DNA of 44,639 nt, counting the filler, from Catajapyx aquilonaris (lineage: Eukaryota), in the NCBI GenBank assembly GCA_000934665.2. It is 2 parts of 2 records of this genome, joined end to end, with 100 filler letters (N's around TTAATTAATTAA, not from the genome) between each part and the next. Parts side by side here need not be neighbours in the genome. Positions count along the whole stretch, not along the records: positions 1 to 22,279 come from JYFJ02005886.1; 1 more part is not named here. One strand, written 5' to 3'. Made by a program: the position numbers and the translations under genes. Below are positions 1-12,767 of this stretch, one piece after another. Under the pieces are notes generated by a model, which had not been told where the DNA came from, did no database searches, and saw only the letters and a list, made by a program, of their open reading frames with translations. How positions within the stretch are numbered: position 1 is the stretch's first letter; the number at the start of each line of letters is the position of its first letter.

Positions 1-2571
1 AGCACGATAACCACTGTGAACGGATCTATAGCTACAGAGGCGAATACACAACGAGCCACCTGAATTAACAAGCGTTAGGAAATAATAACATTAGTTACAT
101 AGTGAAGCTGCGTAAAGAATAAACCTGCTGCCAACTAAATGACACTGATCGTTTCAGCCTGAAGCGCAAGTTAACCGTTTATTACAACAGTTTTTGAAAA
201 CATGTGGCACATAGATTTGGAAACCTCTTTTTTGGAACTAAAAATGCATGTTATTGCACAGAGCTTTCACCTATCTCTCGTTTACAAAATCGGCTACTCC
301 AGGTATAAATAATCAAGTTATTTGAGCTTTGAAATTAGTTACTTCTGTATCAAGAGGAAACTACACACTTCTTATTATTAAAATTCCTCCATGGTCTGCA
401 CACATGTTTCTAGAGCAACCCAGGTGTGTATCTATACACACAAAAAGTGGTCGAAAGCTTAGCAGGAATGATACTCTTTCTTTTTCTTTACCAGGGAATG
501 GGGAAGGGAGAGGGGAAAAGGGGTTTGTTGCCACTGCATTTACATTTCCTCCTTACACAGGGAGACGTCAGTTAAAATGCTGTTAAAAGTTACAAAGTAG
601 TTGCCATAAAAAAATAAAGAGGTACTGGAAAAAGAAGTGCCCAAAAATGCAACATGATTTTTTTGTTTGTTTATCTGAGAGAATTATAGTCATGGACTAG
701 AAACAGGAACGCTTTAAAGTATGAGTAGAAAAAAAGGGGACAACGATTCGGTCCAAGAGTGGTGCTCAAAATTGGTCATTTGTTGTGGTCACTGCGATTG
801 AGAAAAATATCTTGTTATTTTGAGTACCACAATTGTTAAAATATTCTCAGTGTAAAAACACAACACTATGTTTCAACTACTCATCTCTTCTAACACTACA
901 CAGAATGAGGAACGAAATTCATTAAAATAATACAGGAAACAAAACAAATTTTAACGCAAATAAACTTTCCCCATGCCAATAACCAATATCGTAGGTTTCA
1001 CCCAAAAAAATTAACATCCAACAAACTTTGAACAGAACAACATAGAATAAAACATTTTCTTTTGTCTTTTTGTCCAAAAAATTACTACTCAAAAATATAA
1101 CTGGGCAACAATGATATGACACATAACCTGTATTGGAACAATATCCTATCAGCCATTTACCTGATAGCAGTGGTTACAGGGGAAAATATTTGGACCAACT
1201 ATCCGGCCCTTGATCAAAATAGTTACAAACTAAAAAAGGAACAGTTATCTGTGACACTTTTTTTTTTTGTCCCAGTGTATTTCTTAAGTCGAAGCTGGGA
1301 GCCAATAATTTCAAAAATTATTACTCTACAGGTATGTTGGCCTTTTGTTGTGTCAAGCCACAATTCAATGCTGGGCTACTTATCGAGATTGCGTCACTCA
1401 CTTAAAAAATTCATCTCCGGGAACGGTTACACCAATAAATACTGTTTCGTACTGACCGCACCTTCTATCGAATAGTTTGTAACCACACTATTCAAGAGGG
1501 GTTCCATGCATACAGCTGGGTATCTCAACTAAATGTTAATCATTTCTCGGACATAGCCAGCTGTAAAATTAACTCCACAATTTGTACTAGAATTTAACGA
1601 TTGCCTCTACTGTTTTTTGGGTTGTTTTTCTTTTAACATTTGTTACTGCATGACTAACACACAGACATGCAAAGAGTTTGAAAAATTTCTGCCTTTTGAT
1701 TTTTGTTAACAACTCGCTTGCTTTGGCTCATTAATTATTTTTTTCCGCCAGTCCAACGTACACCCTAGGAGCTAAGTTTCCAACAATTGGCATTCCAACT
1801 ATGCTGTTTCCATGCTGCTCACACTTGCACATTACTAGAAAGCAATGCTTTGTGTTAAGAATAAACAAATCCTTTCAAAATTTCAGTCACATAAACTCTA
1901 CTGACAGAATACAATGATGAATTCGACCTTATTATTGCATTTCTGTGCTTTAAATTACAATGTGGCCCCTGAGTGTCATGCTTCAAATTATTCTTGGTAC
2001 TAACTGAACTTCTGCTCCCAAGTTATCAGCGACATTGCACATGGCATACATGTCATGTGTGACTTCATGATCTTTGCAACGTTTTGCATTCAAGTCCCAA
2101 GATCTTCACATTACACAAGATTTGATGTAGTGGAAAATGAACCTCTCAACAGCAGTAAATGCACTTGTTCAGTTTTCATTTCCAAACTACTGGAGGCTAC
2201 ACACTGTTGGTTTAGCACATGGCTATGAGGCAAATCTGTGGTAGCACAGACACAGACAACTTGCATTCTTCTAGCCCACATTTGTTCAGCCCATTTACTG
2301 TACCTTTCTCCCTCATAAAAACCCAAGCAAACCAGTGAAAACAGATACATACTGTTAGTTTCTGTTACATACACTATTGGCTGAAGTGCAAGTGAAAGCA
2401 GCATCACAGCCAATTTTCTCCAGACAGTGGAGGTGGCTCCACCCTGTCAGCTAAAGTTGAAATAGTGCATAGGTCCAAAACACCAGTTTTTTAAGCTTAG
2501 CATAGGCACTTTTCTGTCTAAAACCTGCCCCCCAAACCCAATAAAAGTTCCCACCACCCTCCAACTCTCCC

Positions 2572-4109
2572 TCACAGCATGCCAGCCAGTTTGTCCCTCA
2601 GGTAATCCTTGGCTGGTTCGTAATAGTCACGCCTAAGAGCCACCATTTCTGGCATCCTCCTGACTGCACTCAGCAGATCTGACTCTGATTCTAGCACCAC
2701 CACTAGAAGGCAGGAGAGGCTGAGGACCACAAATGCCAGTGCAGGTATGAAGACCCGTAGGACATTGAATCTCTTCTGCGATGGATTAGAAGAAGAGGAC
2801 ATTGGGGTGGGCGGTGCAGTTGAAGGAATGACCCCTGACCTAGAGGTTGCATGCACAGGGGTTTGTGTGGCACGAGTCAGTCCATACTGATGACCACCAG
2901 AATCTAACTGAGACTCAGATGATGAGTGCTTGTAGTAGTCCTGGTAATAGTAATCGTAGTTGGAAGGTCGGTGGGAGGGACCACCCATTGAAGGGTCGTA
3001 GCCACTTGCACCTTCTGCAACTGGAAATAAAATTAAAACGGAAAATTAGGGGGTCTTCACATGATAGCTCACAGTAACTTTTTTGTAACTACAAAAGATT
3101 TCTAGCCCTTGAGAGAATCATTCTCAAACTAATAAATTGTGTACAGAGTTTTTCGCCTCAAGTGACACCCATACTGAATGATGCTAAGAACACATCTAGA
3201 GAAAAATTAGAGTAATTTCCAACTTTGTTGAATTGCATGCTCTCCATGTTTAAAAATACTTGCATGTATCACAGAAAAATCAACCAAGATAACAATACAA
3301 GAAGTCAAGTATAAGAGACAAAGGATATGCAAAAAATACTCTTAATAATCCTAGGAAATCTTTCAAAATGTCTTTCTATGTAGCCTTGTAAACTCGCACA
3401 TATCACTTTCATATGTCAGTAAACTCACCAAGTTTCTCCAAGGAATTTAAAATGACAAACATAAGTGATACATCCTGCTGCAATTAGTACAGCTCCTATT
3501 CCATTCAAAATGACAATGCTTAACCCTGTACCGCGCATTGTGACTTGAGGGCAACAATTAATTTGCGCAGGCACTATAAGCTTCAACTTTGGTCCTGGAA
3601 ATCACAGTGTGGCTTGATGTCAGAGTTAGTTTGTCAGCTTCCGCTAGATGACAAGCAATGTCGAAAAATGACATGGTCAGGATATGGTATGAAGCGGAGA
3701 GAAGCCAAGGTCCTTGAAAATGGAGCAAAATTTGAATTTGCTGAAGCAGCAATTGTGTCTGGAGCTGATTAGATATAGGTGCAGAGTAGGGGAGACGGAG
3801 TGGCGCCACGGTAACGTGCGCGCCCACGGATGATAAGGTCCCGGGTTCGATCCCAACCCGGGGACACCCCCTTCATCTCGTGCAGAGTTCTGGGGTCGTC
3901 TCTGGCTTCGTCTCGGGTGGTATATCCACAGACTAAACCACCCGGGGGAGTTCACAAAACGACCAAGCACCGTTACTGCACTGCACTTGCACATCCCCTC
4001 CTGCCATCCTGCCCGTGGGCCCGGGCGCTTCGAATATGGCACCATGTATACTTCGTCGATTGAAATAAAGGTCCGTGCAAATACCCTCTGGGTGAGCACT
4101 AACCCAACA

Positions 4110-4163
<54 letters not shown>

Positions 4164-7100
4164 GGTGCAGATATTAAATATCCAATTACAAGTGTAAACT
4201 GCAAAGAGTAGCTTCTCGTTGCCATATGCGGCCATTCTAATTTTGCCAGCACAATTTCATCACAATTTTCTGGCAGCGCAGGCACAATATTGCTTGAGGT
4301 TTGAGTCCTAAGTCATTGTGCGCATTTTTATTCAAAAACGGTAACATGTACAGATATTACCATTACTACGTTTTTAAGGTCCGGCAATTACCCCCACCCC
4401 AAGCTGCACGTGACGGTGGAATGGTCGGGTTATGATCGCCTTTACTTTTCTGGCCCTCCTTGCGATATGGATGCCGTCTATATATCAGATCAAATTGTAA
4501 TTTCCGGACCGTCAAAACTTAGCACAGGTCATCTCTGCATGTGTTACCATTTTTGAATTAAAAAATACTCGCCATGACTTTTGACTCAATCCATGTAACT
4601 TCAAAGTCATTGGGTCAGAGATGACCAAAACAATAAAAACCATCCTTACGTCGCCTATGATGAGAAAAAGGTGTTCGAATTTTTCTTCTTCCCAAAATCC
4701 TACATGTGTGCAGTACAGGGTTAAAGTGATCACTGCCATCATCATTTGAGATGTGGATGTTGTACTATCAGTCCACCAAGAATTGTCGCAGCGGCAGCGC
4801 ACGAACTACAGTTACGAGCACTTTCGGGTGGAGAAGTCAATGGAGAAGTGCTCGTAGACTGTAGTTCGTGCGCTGCCGCTGCGACAATTCTTGGTGGACT
4901 GATAGCACCATATGCTTCATAATTTATCTCATAGCCAGACAAACAAAAATATCACATAGGCACAAGTCCTGTTGCCACCCAGAGGGGGTAGATGTGAGAG
5001 AGGAATTGTGTATCAGGATGTGCCTTTGCTTCTTCTCTCAGGTGTACTCAGAATCAGAAATACTGGTATCAACTGGATGTAGGAGTGCCTGCAACATTTC
5101 AACAAATGCGAGCTAAAATAAGAAACGTGGTACACGTTTTTTAAAAGTGTTACCTTTTCTTCTGTCCTGATAATTTTGATATGATTCAGAACAGCAGATT
5201 TCTAATACCTATGTAAACACGGCCAATGTGAAACTCTTCACAATGAACAGGACGACACCACAACAATGCATTTTTAGAGCGTAACAACACTACTGGTGCC
5301 AACAATGAGCAGCAGCTTTGGCAAAAACAGACAACATGCACACTTCATTTCTATTTGTCGCTCCCCCTCACAAATCTCACTACCCAATACTCTCAAAAAT
5401 TAATGCAAGAAGAATGTCATGGCCCATGATATGCCAATTCTAGAGGCTAGCAAATGGCATATTCCTGGACAGTTTTTGTCCAAATGACCATGACATTTGG
5501 GTAGTGAGGTGTGTGGCACCCTTTTCTTACCATCAGCTTCAACCTCTGGTGGGATGCTCTCTGCTCTGTCGAATATCTTGGCCCTGTGATCCCTGGTCCC
5601 ATCATCCTGCCTGCTACTCATCTCGTCTCCTACAGTCATAGTGCGGGTGGGCATCATCATGGCCCTCCGCATCACAGCTCCCCCATGCCTCTGATGCCGC
5701 AGCCTTGCACCCCCTCCCCCTCCCATATGCCATTCCATCTCCATGCTGCTTTCTGCTTCTGATTCGTTCATGGACATCCTAGCTTCTTCAGCTGAGTTTT
5801 ATTTGGGGCAGTTTTGTGTGTCGGTGAAGAGGTGGAGGGGGCATAAACAGCACATTTAACAACACGGACAGTGCATTAGTGGCATGCAACAATCTGGGAG
5901 GGGTAGATTTGCCAGCCACAGTGACATTGCCAATTTGCAGCATGGTTGAGTGGGTGTCGCAAAAGGATAGAAACTATTTCCCTTCTCCTCGAAACATGGT
6001 GTGATTTTTCACAACAGAAGGCCAATCATTCATAACAAGAATTTCTTAAAACACAGTAGTGTGAAGAGATCACATTAGTGTTGAGCCTGACACTCTCCTG
6101 TGACTTCAGTAGCCTGCAATGCCAACACCCTGTCATAATTTTTTCCAGTTTCATACTCATCATATTGTCCCAGTACACCTTCTTTGGACTGGGATGGGAT
6201 AAATGTATGATGGTAGTTCTGGACTGCCTGAAGTTTTGGCTTGACTATACTGTAAGAGCCCCGCTAATTTTTCAATTTGACTCAATGGCCCTTCCAGATA
6301 AATCCTGTAAAAGTCTACTTTAAAATATCATCAAATTAGCTGCCTGGTAATAATTACAATTGAATCTTTGTAGTAACCTTCCTTCCAAACAGCACCTTCT
6401 GATTCACACCATATTCCAGGGCAACCCACCCAACCAAGCATCAACAACAGCAGCTTTTTAAAAACACGTGGAACCTACACTGCAAAAATTGCACGATATT
6501 TGCCAACTAACTAACAATGGCACGAAATGACAGCTGGTGAGCTCACCTGCACTAGCGACAGACCTGCACCTATTGGTGGCAGCTCTCTCTGGATCCTCCA
6601 TGAGCGGCTCTAGCAGAGGAAGAGTGCTTTCAGGACAGTAAGGGGAGTTGAGAGGGATGTCTATCCCGTAGAGGATATCCTCATCGAAATGGCTGCTCTC
6701 GGGCAGAGGTACTGAGTGATTTGATCGAGGCAAGCTGTCATAACCTGGAAATGAGGAGATAATGTAGTTTACTGTGAACCTGAAGTACAGCATTATTCTC
6801 ATGAAACAATTTCCATTTGTGCATCATAAGTGCTATAATGTGGGATGCTACACAGCATCAAGGGAAACCAATTAGCAGAACTTAACTACTTCTGCAAACA
6901 TAAGTCATACCCCACAATTTGAGACTTCATTCCCTAGATTTACAACTCTTACAAGGATGATGTTAAATACCAGCACCATAACAAATTCCTAGTGCACCTC
7001 AGATATGTTCCAAGTGCCACCACAGGCATGCAAAGATTTAGAATTATCAAACAGCCTATTCCAAAATGGTCAACATAAAAATTTGATCCTTTCTTATCAA

Positions 7101-10100
7101 TGTGTTAGTCTGATATCTCCCTTCAAATAAAAATCCAGTTGTCTCCTCACCATCTGAAACAGGGGTCGAAGGAGTCGCAGGCACACTCTGTGACTTCCTA
7201 GGCATTCCTCCTCCAGATTTTGACTTTGAAGTTGTGAGGGGGTCATCAGAACGTGATGCTGCATCCTCCAAGAGTTCTTTCTCCACACGGCCCGAATAGC
7301 GAAATTTGGATCCCCACGAGAATATGCTGCCCCCAGTCACTATGGATGGTGCCTCAGAAGATGAATTCAACCTGAGAGAAGATGACAGCGTACAATTAAC
7401 ACAACTGAAACAATGTAGTACAGTACTTGGCCCTTGTGACATCAGCTAATATTCATAACCACATCAGATTTATTAACAGTCTTCACCTCCAACAAAGAGA
7501 ACTAAATAAATTGGAAAGTAGAAGTGCAGCATTGAAAAAAGAATTCGTTAAATAAAATAAGTGTGCCAACTGGAACCACACTTTGTGACTAGCTCTGTAT
7601 TCCAAAGAATGCGTGCCGTAGAAATCATGCAGAGTACAAACCTTTCTTGTGGAAAATAATTTCTCAACGTCTGTGACAAACTAACAAGAATTGAAAACCA
7701 TAAATCAAATTTGGCAACATTTTTCTGCCACCACAAAGACATTAAGGTGCTCACAATTCCAACAAGACCTCTCGTGGCACTTCCGAGACACCATTACTCA
7801 CGTGAAGAAGAGCCTCTGCTCAACAGCACATCTCCAGAGATGCTTGCAGGCGGCTCCTGTGGGGCACTTGAAGCCCACAGTGTGCTTCTTCTGTGTTAGC
7901 AGTTGCAAAAAGGAGGCCAAGAGAGAGAAAGAGATTACGGTAAGTTGGAGGGGGGCAGGGGGGAGGGTGGGATTTTTTGTGTCGTAGTGCAGCCTCTTGA
8001 AACAATCTGTTGCACATGCGCAGGCCTATATTCCATGGGTCGTACAATGCAATTGGTCACAACAAAAAGCAATCGCACTGATACTCTTTGATTGTTACAT
8101 ATTGACATTGTCACTCAGTGTATTTCAACATAGTGTTGTAACACGCACAAAAAAAGCACATACCCAAATAGTAGTTCAGGTGATAAGTGCAAGAATGCTG
8201 CAGGATGTGCCTGCCAATGTGCTACACTGTGTTTCTCTGTGATACAATTTGTGCACTGATACAGCCACAAACATCCATGATCGTAAGGAACAATTGAGGT
8301 TCACATTCTGTCACTCATTACTTCGCAAAAATACTTCACCATGTAACAAACATCACGCCCATTACATTATTCACCATCTGATATCTTAGTTTTACTTTGT
8401 ACAACAAATTTGGTTCCTGCAAGTCAGACTTTAATCCTGATAGCTTTGTGATACCTTCCCACTGTGCCTTTTGTGATGTTTTCAGCAAATTTTCAGTGAA
8501 TAGCAGGCAACATTGTTGCACTCAGCTCTCCTGAGTTGGGTTCAAACATTGTTACTGTCACATTTAACACTCAAGTGCAGTCAAATGTGCATCAACATGC
8601 TCCAACACACACGCGTCACTCACATAATGCACACGTCACATTGAATTTCCCCACCCAGCCCAAAAGAGTGAGTCACCTGCTCACCTTTGTCCTCGAATCC
8701 TGGGAGAGGGTAACAAAAAAAAGGCCTATAAGTCCACAACTACTCTACAGGGTCCGCAGACTTTCATTAGGCCCTTTTTTCCTCATACCCGACTTTAAAA
8801 AACTTGTTCAAACAATGTTTTAAGAGCAAAAAATGATGCAGTGTGAAAGCTAACACGTACCTCATTGAACACCAGGTGCACAATGAACATCTTTCCCTCG
8901 TAGTTGATCTTCTGGACGTCTGGCCACCTAAAATGGTGTGTCTTCCTGCTACCTTGGAATGTCAGGATCCCTTGGTGGTTGATTCCTAAGTAAAGTTGGT
9001 TTCCACGATGGTCCTGCCAAGGAATAAGATTGCAAAACTTCATTGAAAATGCAAAAGGTGGGTTAATGAGAAGCTAATCACATTTGTTAGGGTGTTATTA
9101 TGCACACTCACACTGGCCATCTTATCAACCTAACAAGGTTGATCACTGGTTCAAATTTTGTCAAGTCAATTTGACAAGATACCAATTTCAATTGTTAGAA
9201 GATATGGACTTCCTTCAGAGCTGATTGCCCAAGTTGCATCCATGTTTATGAGAATGGTGAAATTTACCTTAACTGGATGCGGATCCACACCATAGGTATC
9301 CATTAAGCATGCCTTGCGCAGGAAGTTCATCTCTGATATTCCAGGGGTTTGTCCTTTCAATTGGGCCTGATGTAGCTCTAAGATCTTCTCTTCAATTTTT
9401 GGCGTTTGTTTCAGAAGTAGTTTCATCTCTGCTACGTAATTACCAGCATGGAGAACAGGATTGTAGTCACCCAGTTCCGCTACAGGAAAGACACATTTTC
9501 AGTAAAAATTTGCTGCAACACATCCTACCTTACACAATTGTAATATTGTATGGTGAAGTATTATTAAACTGATAATAGCAGCTAACGATAGGCATTATAA
9601 GAATGCATCACAGCAAGCTTTATGATTCATTCAGTCCTTTTACATTCCAGGTGTTAATTAATGCTTGTCATATCAAAAATACTTTCTAGAAATTCCTCAG
9701 CCACTGCAATCGAGCCCTATTTCTTTTCATAGGTTTCACTAGATAAGCAGGGCCATATCGCCTTAAAGAGAATGGCATATGGCTTGTCAAGTGGGGGGCC
9801 AGAAGAGTCTCACCTTGGATGATGTAAGCGCAGAGGAGAGCAGCGTCATTCTGAGAGCAATACAGCCTTCCATGGAGCAGGTCCCGACGTAGTTGCAAAA
9901 ATATCTGGTACCGAGTAGTCTCTTCTTTTAACCTGAATGGGTCTGGTGGGTAGAACTTCACCCGGAAGCAGAATATAATTGGGTTCATCTCTGGCGATGG
10001 AAGGCAGCATAATTAGTCACCAACCTTAATATATCACAGCTTGCTAGTAGCTCACCTTTGACCTGTTTGATGACTGATCGCATCAAGTCCAACCAATGCT

Positions 10101-12137
10101 GAAAAAAAATAACCATGACAAATTGTTAAAGCTGAACTGGCAAGGAACCGGATCTTAAAACATTGCCCATCTATTTCAAGACAGCTTCTAACAGGCTTGA
10201 ATGATCCTTTCATAACCTGCCAGTGAGCTCAAGTAGAAACTGACCATCACATCCAATTGACTCCTTCGTTTAAGACAGCCAATGGCAATCACTTTTTCCG
10301 GTCAAGAAAAACTTCAAAGGGGATGAAACAGCTACACTCACCCTCTGTTTCCTGGCATCCACGTATCGTAGTCCAAAGTAATCCTTCTCAACCAGGTTCA
10401 ATTGCTTGCACACATACTCCAGCAGGAAATGCCCCTTGTGTTGGGTCTGTTAAAACAGTTAATTCCAATAATTATTATCTTCCTTCATGGCACAGGTATC
10501 ATGTCATAAAATTAAAGGTAAAAATCATACACAATCTAGGTTTTTTATATAAATTACCTCCTACGGTACTTGGGTGAACCAGCACTTTCTCAAGGACATA
10601 GCCATCTATTTCTGGGTCTTACCACTTTTCGATGAGAAAAAAATTACATAACAAATCTGGTGTGCACTACATCCTCTTCAGTACATCACAGTACCAGTAA
10701 TAACAACATGTGGCTCTGATAGGAAGCAGACAAGTTCAACCTTAACCTCTCAACATTATGCGCTGGTAATCTTCCCAAAATAAAAGCATCAGGTCAGACT
10801 TACTGACAAGTTAGCAGTAATATTACGTGCTCGCTTTCAGTGCAGATACCGTAACAAAAATTCCAACTAGATGTTACCTATATTATGCAATGCTCTGTCA
10901 AATAACAAAAGGGTTGGAAAAGAATGCCATGTTATGCAATACCTTCCAAGATCTAATTTCAGAACCGACATGTGAAACTGAGAAGGTACGTGGAGGTGGA
11001 TATGTGCGGAGGATATGAGCGGATTAAATGCCAGCTATCAAGCAGGTGTGACCATGTGTAAGACACAGATTGAGTCATTACCTCACATAATTTATGGCCG
11101 TACTCACAAGAGGAGCTCTGGATTTGTCAGAATTACCTCACCAGCACTACAAATGGTGAATGTCGTCACCATATATTGTTACACTGTACTCTTAATTATC
11201 CAGGTGCAGATTAGCCATGTTTTGGATTATCCGTGCATGCATCACCAAGAAACAAAATTTAAAATAAAAGTCGTAGTCCTTAAAAATGTCATAAGACTTT
11301 TTCTAGAAGACAAACTAAAAATCAATCGTATGTTTCATTATTTTGATTAAACCTTAGATAAAACAGCATGCACTCTGTACAACAGTTCATTACAAACCAA
11401 TGAATAGCTAATTTTTATGGTACCTAGGACCATTTTCCGATTATCCTGCGACACCAGTGCAGTCATTAGCCCGAATAATTGGGAGTACAGTGTATTCAGG
11501 TATGACTTCACTTACAGTGTGGCAATAACTGTTAACACTAATTTGAATGAAGTTCTCGCTTGGCAACTTTTCCCGGTGCGTTAGCGTGAAGGTAGTGATG
11601 CAACACTATTTGTCTTTAGAATCAATAGGAAACACATTGCTTGAAGGTCACTTAACTCATGAGACGTGACAGAACCGGACCCTAGTTCCTCGGCACATTC
11701 AATCGGTGGCATATTTCGCCCAATCAGCCTCATTTCTAAGCGCACCACAGCATAAACGTACGTGATTAACACATGTGCAGTATGACTAGTAATGTTGCTG
11801 TACGCATCACAATGAGCTTATTTGAAAATTAAATGCTGATCACACTGCAGGGCGTACGGAGTAAGAGAAGGAAAAGTTACACCCCTAGTCAGCTGAACTC
11901 TTTTTATTATATTCCAACAGGAAAAGCAGGGCATGACTTGCTTGTCTCATTGCTTGCAGGCACTACCATCTTCCCCACCCAATGAAGGATATTGGACTAG
12001 ACCCTGGAATTGTCCAGCGCATGACGTGTGTGTGTGTGTGTCCGTAGAGTAGAGCGAATAGAACGTACCTGGAAGTCGCACTGGACAACTTCTGTGTCGT
12101 CCAAGAGGCGAATGGTGCATTTGTACGTCTGGTTCAT
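2572..12137 (-). CDS. FRMD5: FERM domain-containing protein 5/3-like (FERM + FERM-adjacent + C-terminal transmembrane helix), 12 exons, ~663 aa
   Basis: Exons 12137-12069, 10446-10342, 10098-10056, 9990-9814, 9479-9268, 9013-8861, 8699-8685, 7890-7802, 7371-7151, 6744-6547, 5791-5531, 3020-2572; all GT-AG and phase-compatible, total 1992 nt. Band 4.1-family motifs [71 protein letters not shown]. The C-terminal hydrophobic helix followed by [11 protein letters not shown] resembles the FRMD3/FRMD5 tail. Confidence 0.88.
3524..4720. mobile_element. Non-autonomous piggyBac-like element (last FERM intron)
   Basis: TTAA at 3520-3523 and 4721-4724 flank imperfect TIRs CCCTGTACCGCGCA / TGTGCAGTACAGGG; no transposase ORF. 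Confidence 0.75.
3786..4159 (+). mobile_element. tRNA-derived SINE with (ATT)n tail, nested in the piggyBac-like element
   Basis: A-box-like TGGCGCCACGG (~3801), B-box GGTTCGATCCC (~3844), (ATT)n tail ~4109-4160, 12-bp TSD TATAGGTGCAGA at 3774-3785 and 4160-4171; second copy at 31324-31643. Confidence 0.85.
4765..4905. mobile_element. Short fold-back MITE
   Basis: Arms 4765-4823 and 4846-4905 are reverse complements except for a 1-nt indel; 22-nt loop; compatible with a TA TSD around TCAGTCC...GGACTGA. Confidence 0.75.
11182..11492. mobile_element. Tc1/mariner (pogo-like) MITE in FERM intron 1
   Basis: TA on both flanks; imperfect TIRs CACTGTACTCTTAATTAT / ATAATTGGGAGTACAGTG. Confidence 0.7.
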
Positions 12138-12420
12138 GGCTGCGTGCGAGAGAGGGAGAGAGAGAGAGAGAGAGAGGGGCTGGAGAGAGATCTGGCCGTG
12201 CACCGCCCGGCACCGCAAGGACCCGGCTTCCTCTTCTGCCCCTGTTCGTGTGAGGTGTAGGCAACAGAGGGAGGCGACGTTTGGTTGGGAGGCAGCCAGC
12301 AGACGACTCCCTCCTCCCCACCCACAGACGGACCCACTGCTTCTGCTCCACCCACACCCCTCCTCTTTCCCCTGCAGTCGAACGGATCCATCCAGATCGG
12401 GAAGGGTTCGGTCGACTCCG

Positions 12421-12473
12421 ACGGCCATTTCGGGGCACAGACGGCCATTTCGGGGCACAGACCGACATTTCGG
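12421..12473. repeat. 20-bp tandem repeat in the FERM 5' region
   Basis: ACGGCCATTTCGGGGCACAG twice exactly (12421-12460), then a degenerate third copy ACCGACATTTCGG. Confidence 0.85.
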
Positions 12474-12767
12474 AGCTGACCAGGCGGGATTATTCGAATA
12501 GGCGACAATGATGTCGGTAGGTGTCTAATTAGTCCTCCTAATTAATTGGCGACATGTGTCTAATTGGGGCCAAGTACTACTAATAGGATGAGTCCTGTCA
12601 GACGAGTGGAAGGGCCGATATTCCGCCAAGGGAGTCACCGGGCAATGAGGAGTCAAATGCAGTGAAGGTATGACCAGTGCACTTAGCCATAGAGGAAATT
12701 TTAATGTGAAATTAACTAACAGGCAGACGGAGGGCATCATGGGTCGTCGGATTACACTCCAGCAACA

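Noticed and set aside
1..75. Possible minus-strand exon (VARCVFASVAIDPFTVVIV) after an acceptor-like TTAATTCAG
   Set aside because: Only ~60 nt at the window edge, with no recognisable homology.
3789..3870. tRNA gene
   Set aside because: A/B boxes are present, but it continues into a SINE body with tail and TSD; no convincing cloverleaf.
3677..4285. ORFs with poly-Ile or poly-Asn runs
   Set aside because: Translation of the SINE (ATT)n tail.
4930..5115. Candidate extra FERM exon
   Set aside because: Both plausible acceptors give an early stop in the required phase 1, and 5531 splices in frame directly to 3020.
12421..12473. Short direct repeats as a CRISPR array
   Set aside because: Head-to-tail with no spacers, eukaryotic context, no cas genes.
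11947..12511. Several overlapping 120-170 aa ORFs
   Set aside because: GC-rich 5' UTR/promoter with (GA)n and tandem repeats; only MNQTYK...DFQ is supported as coding.
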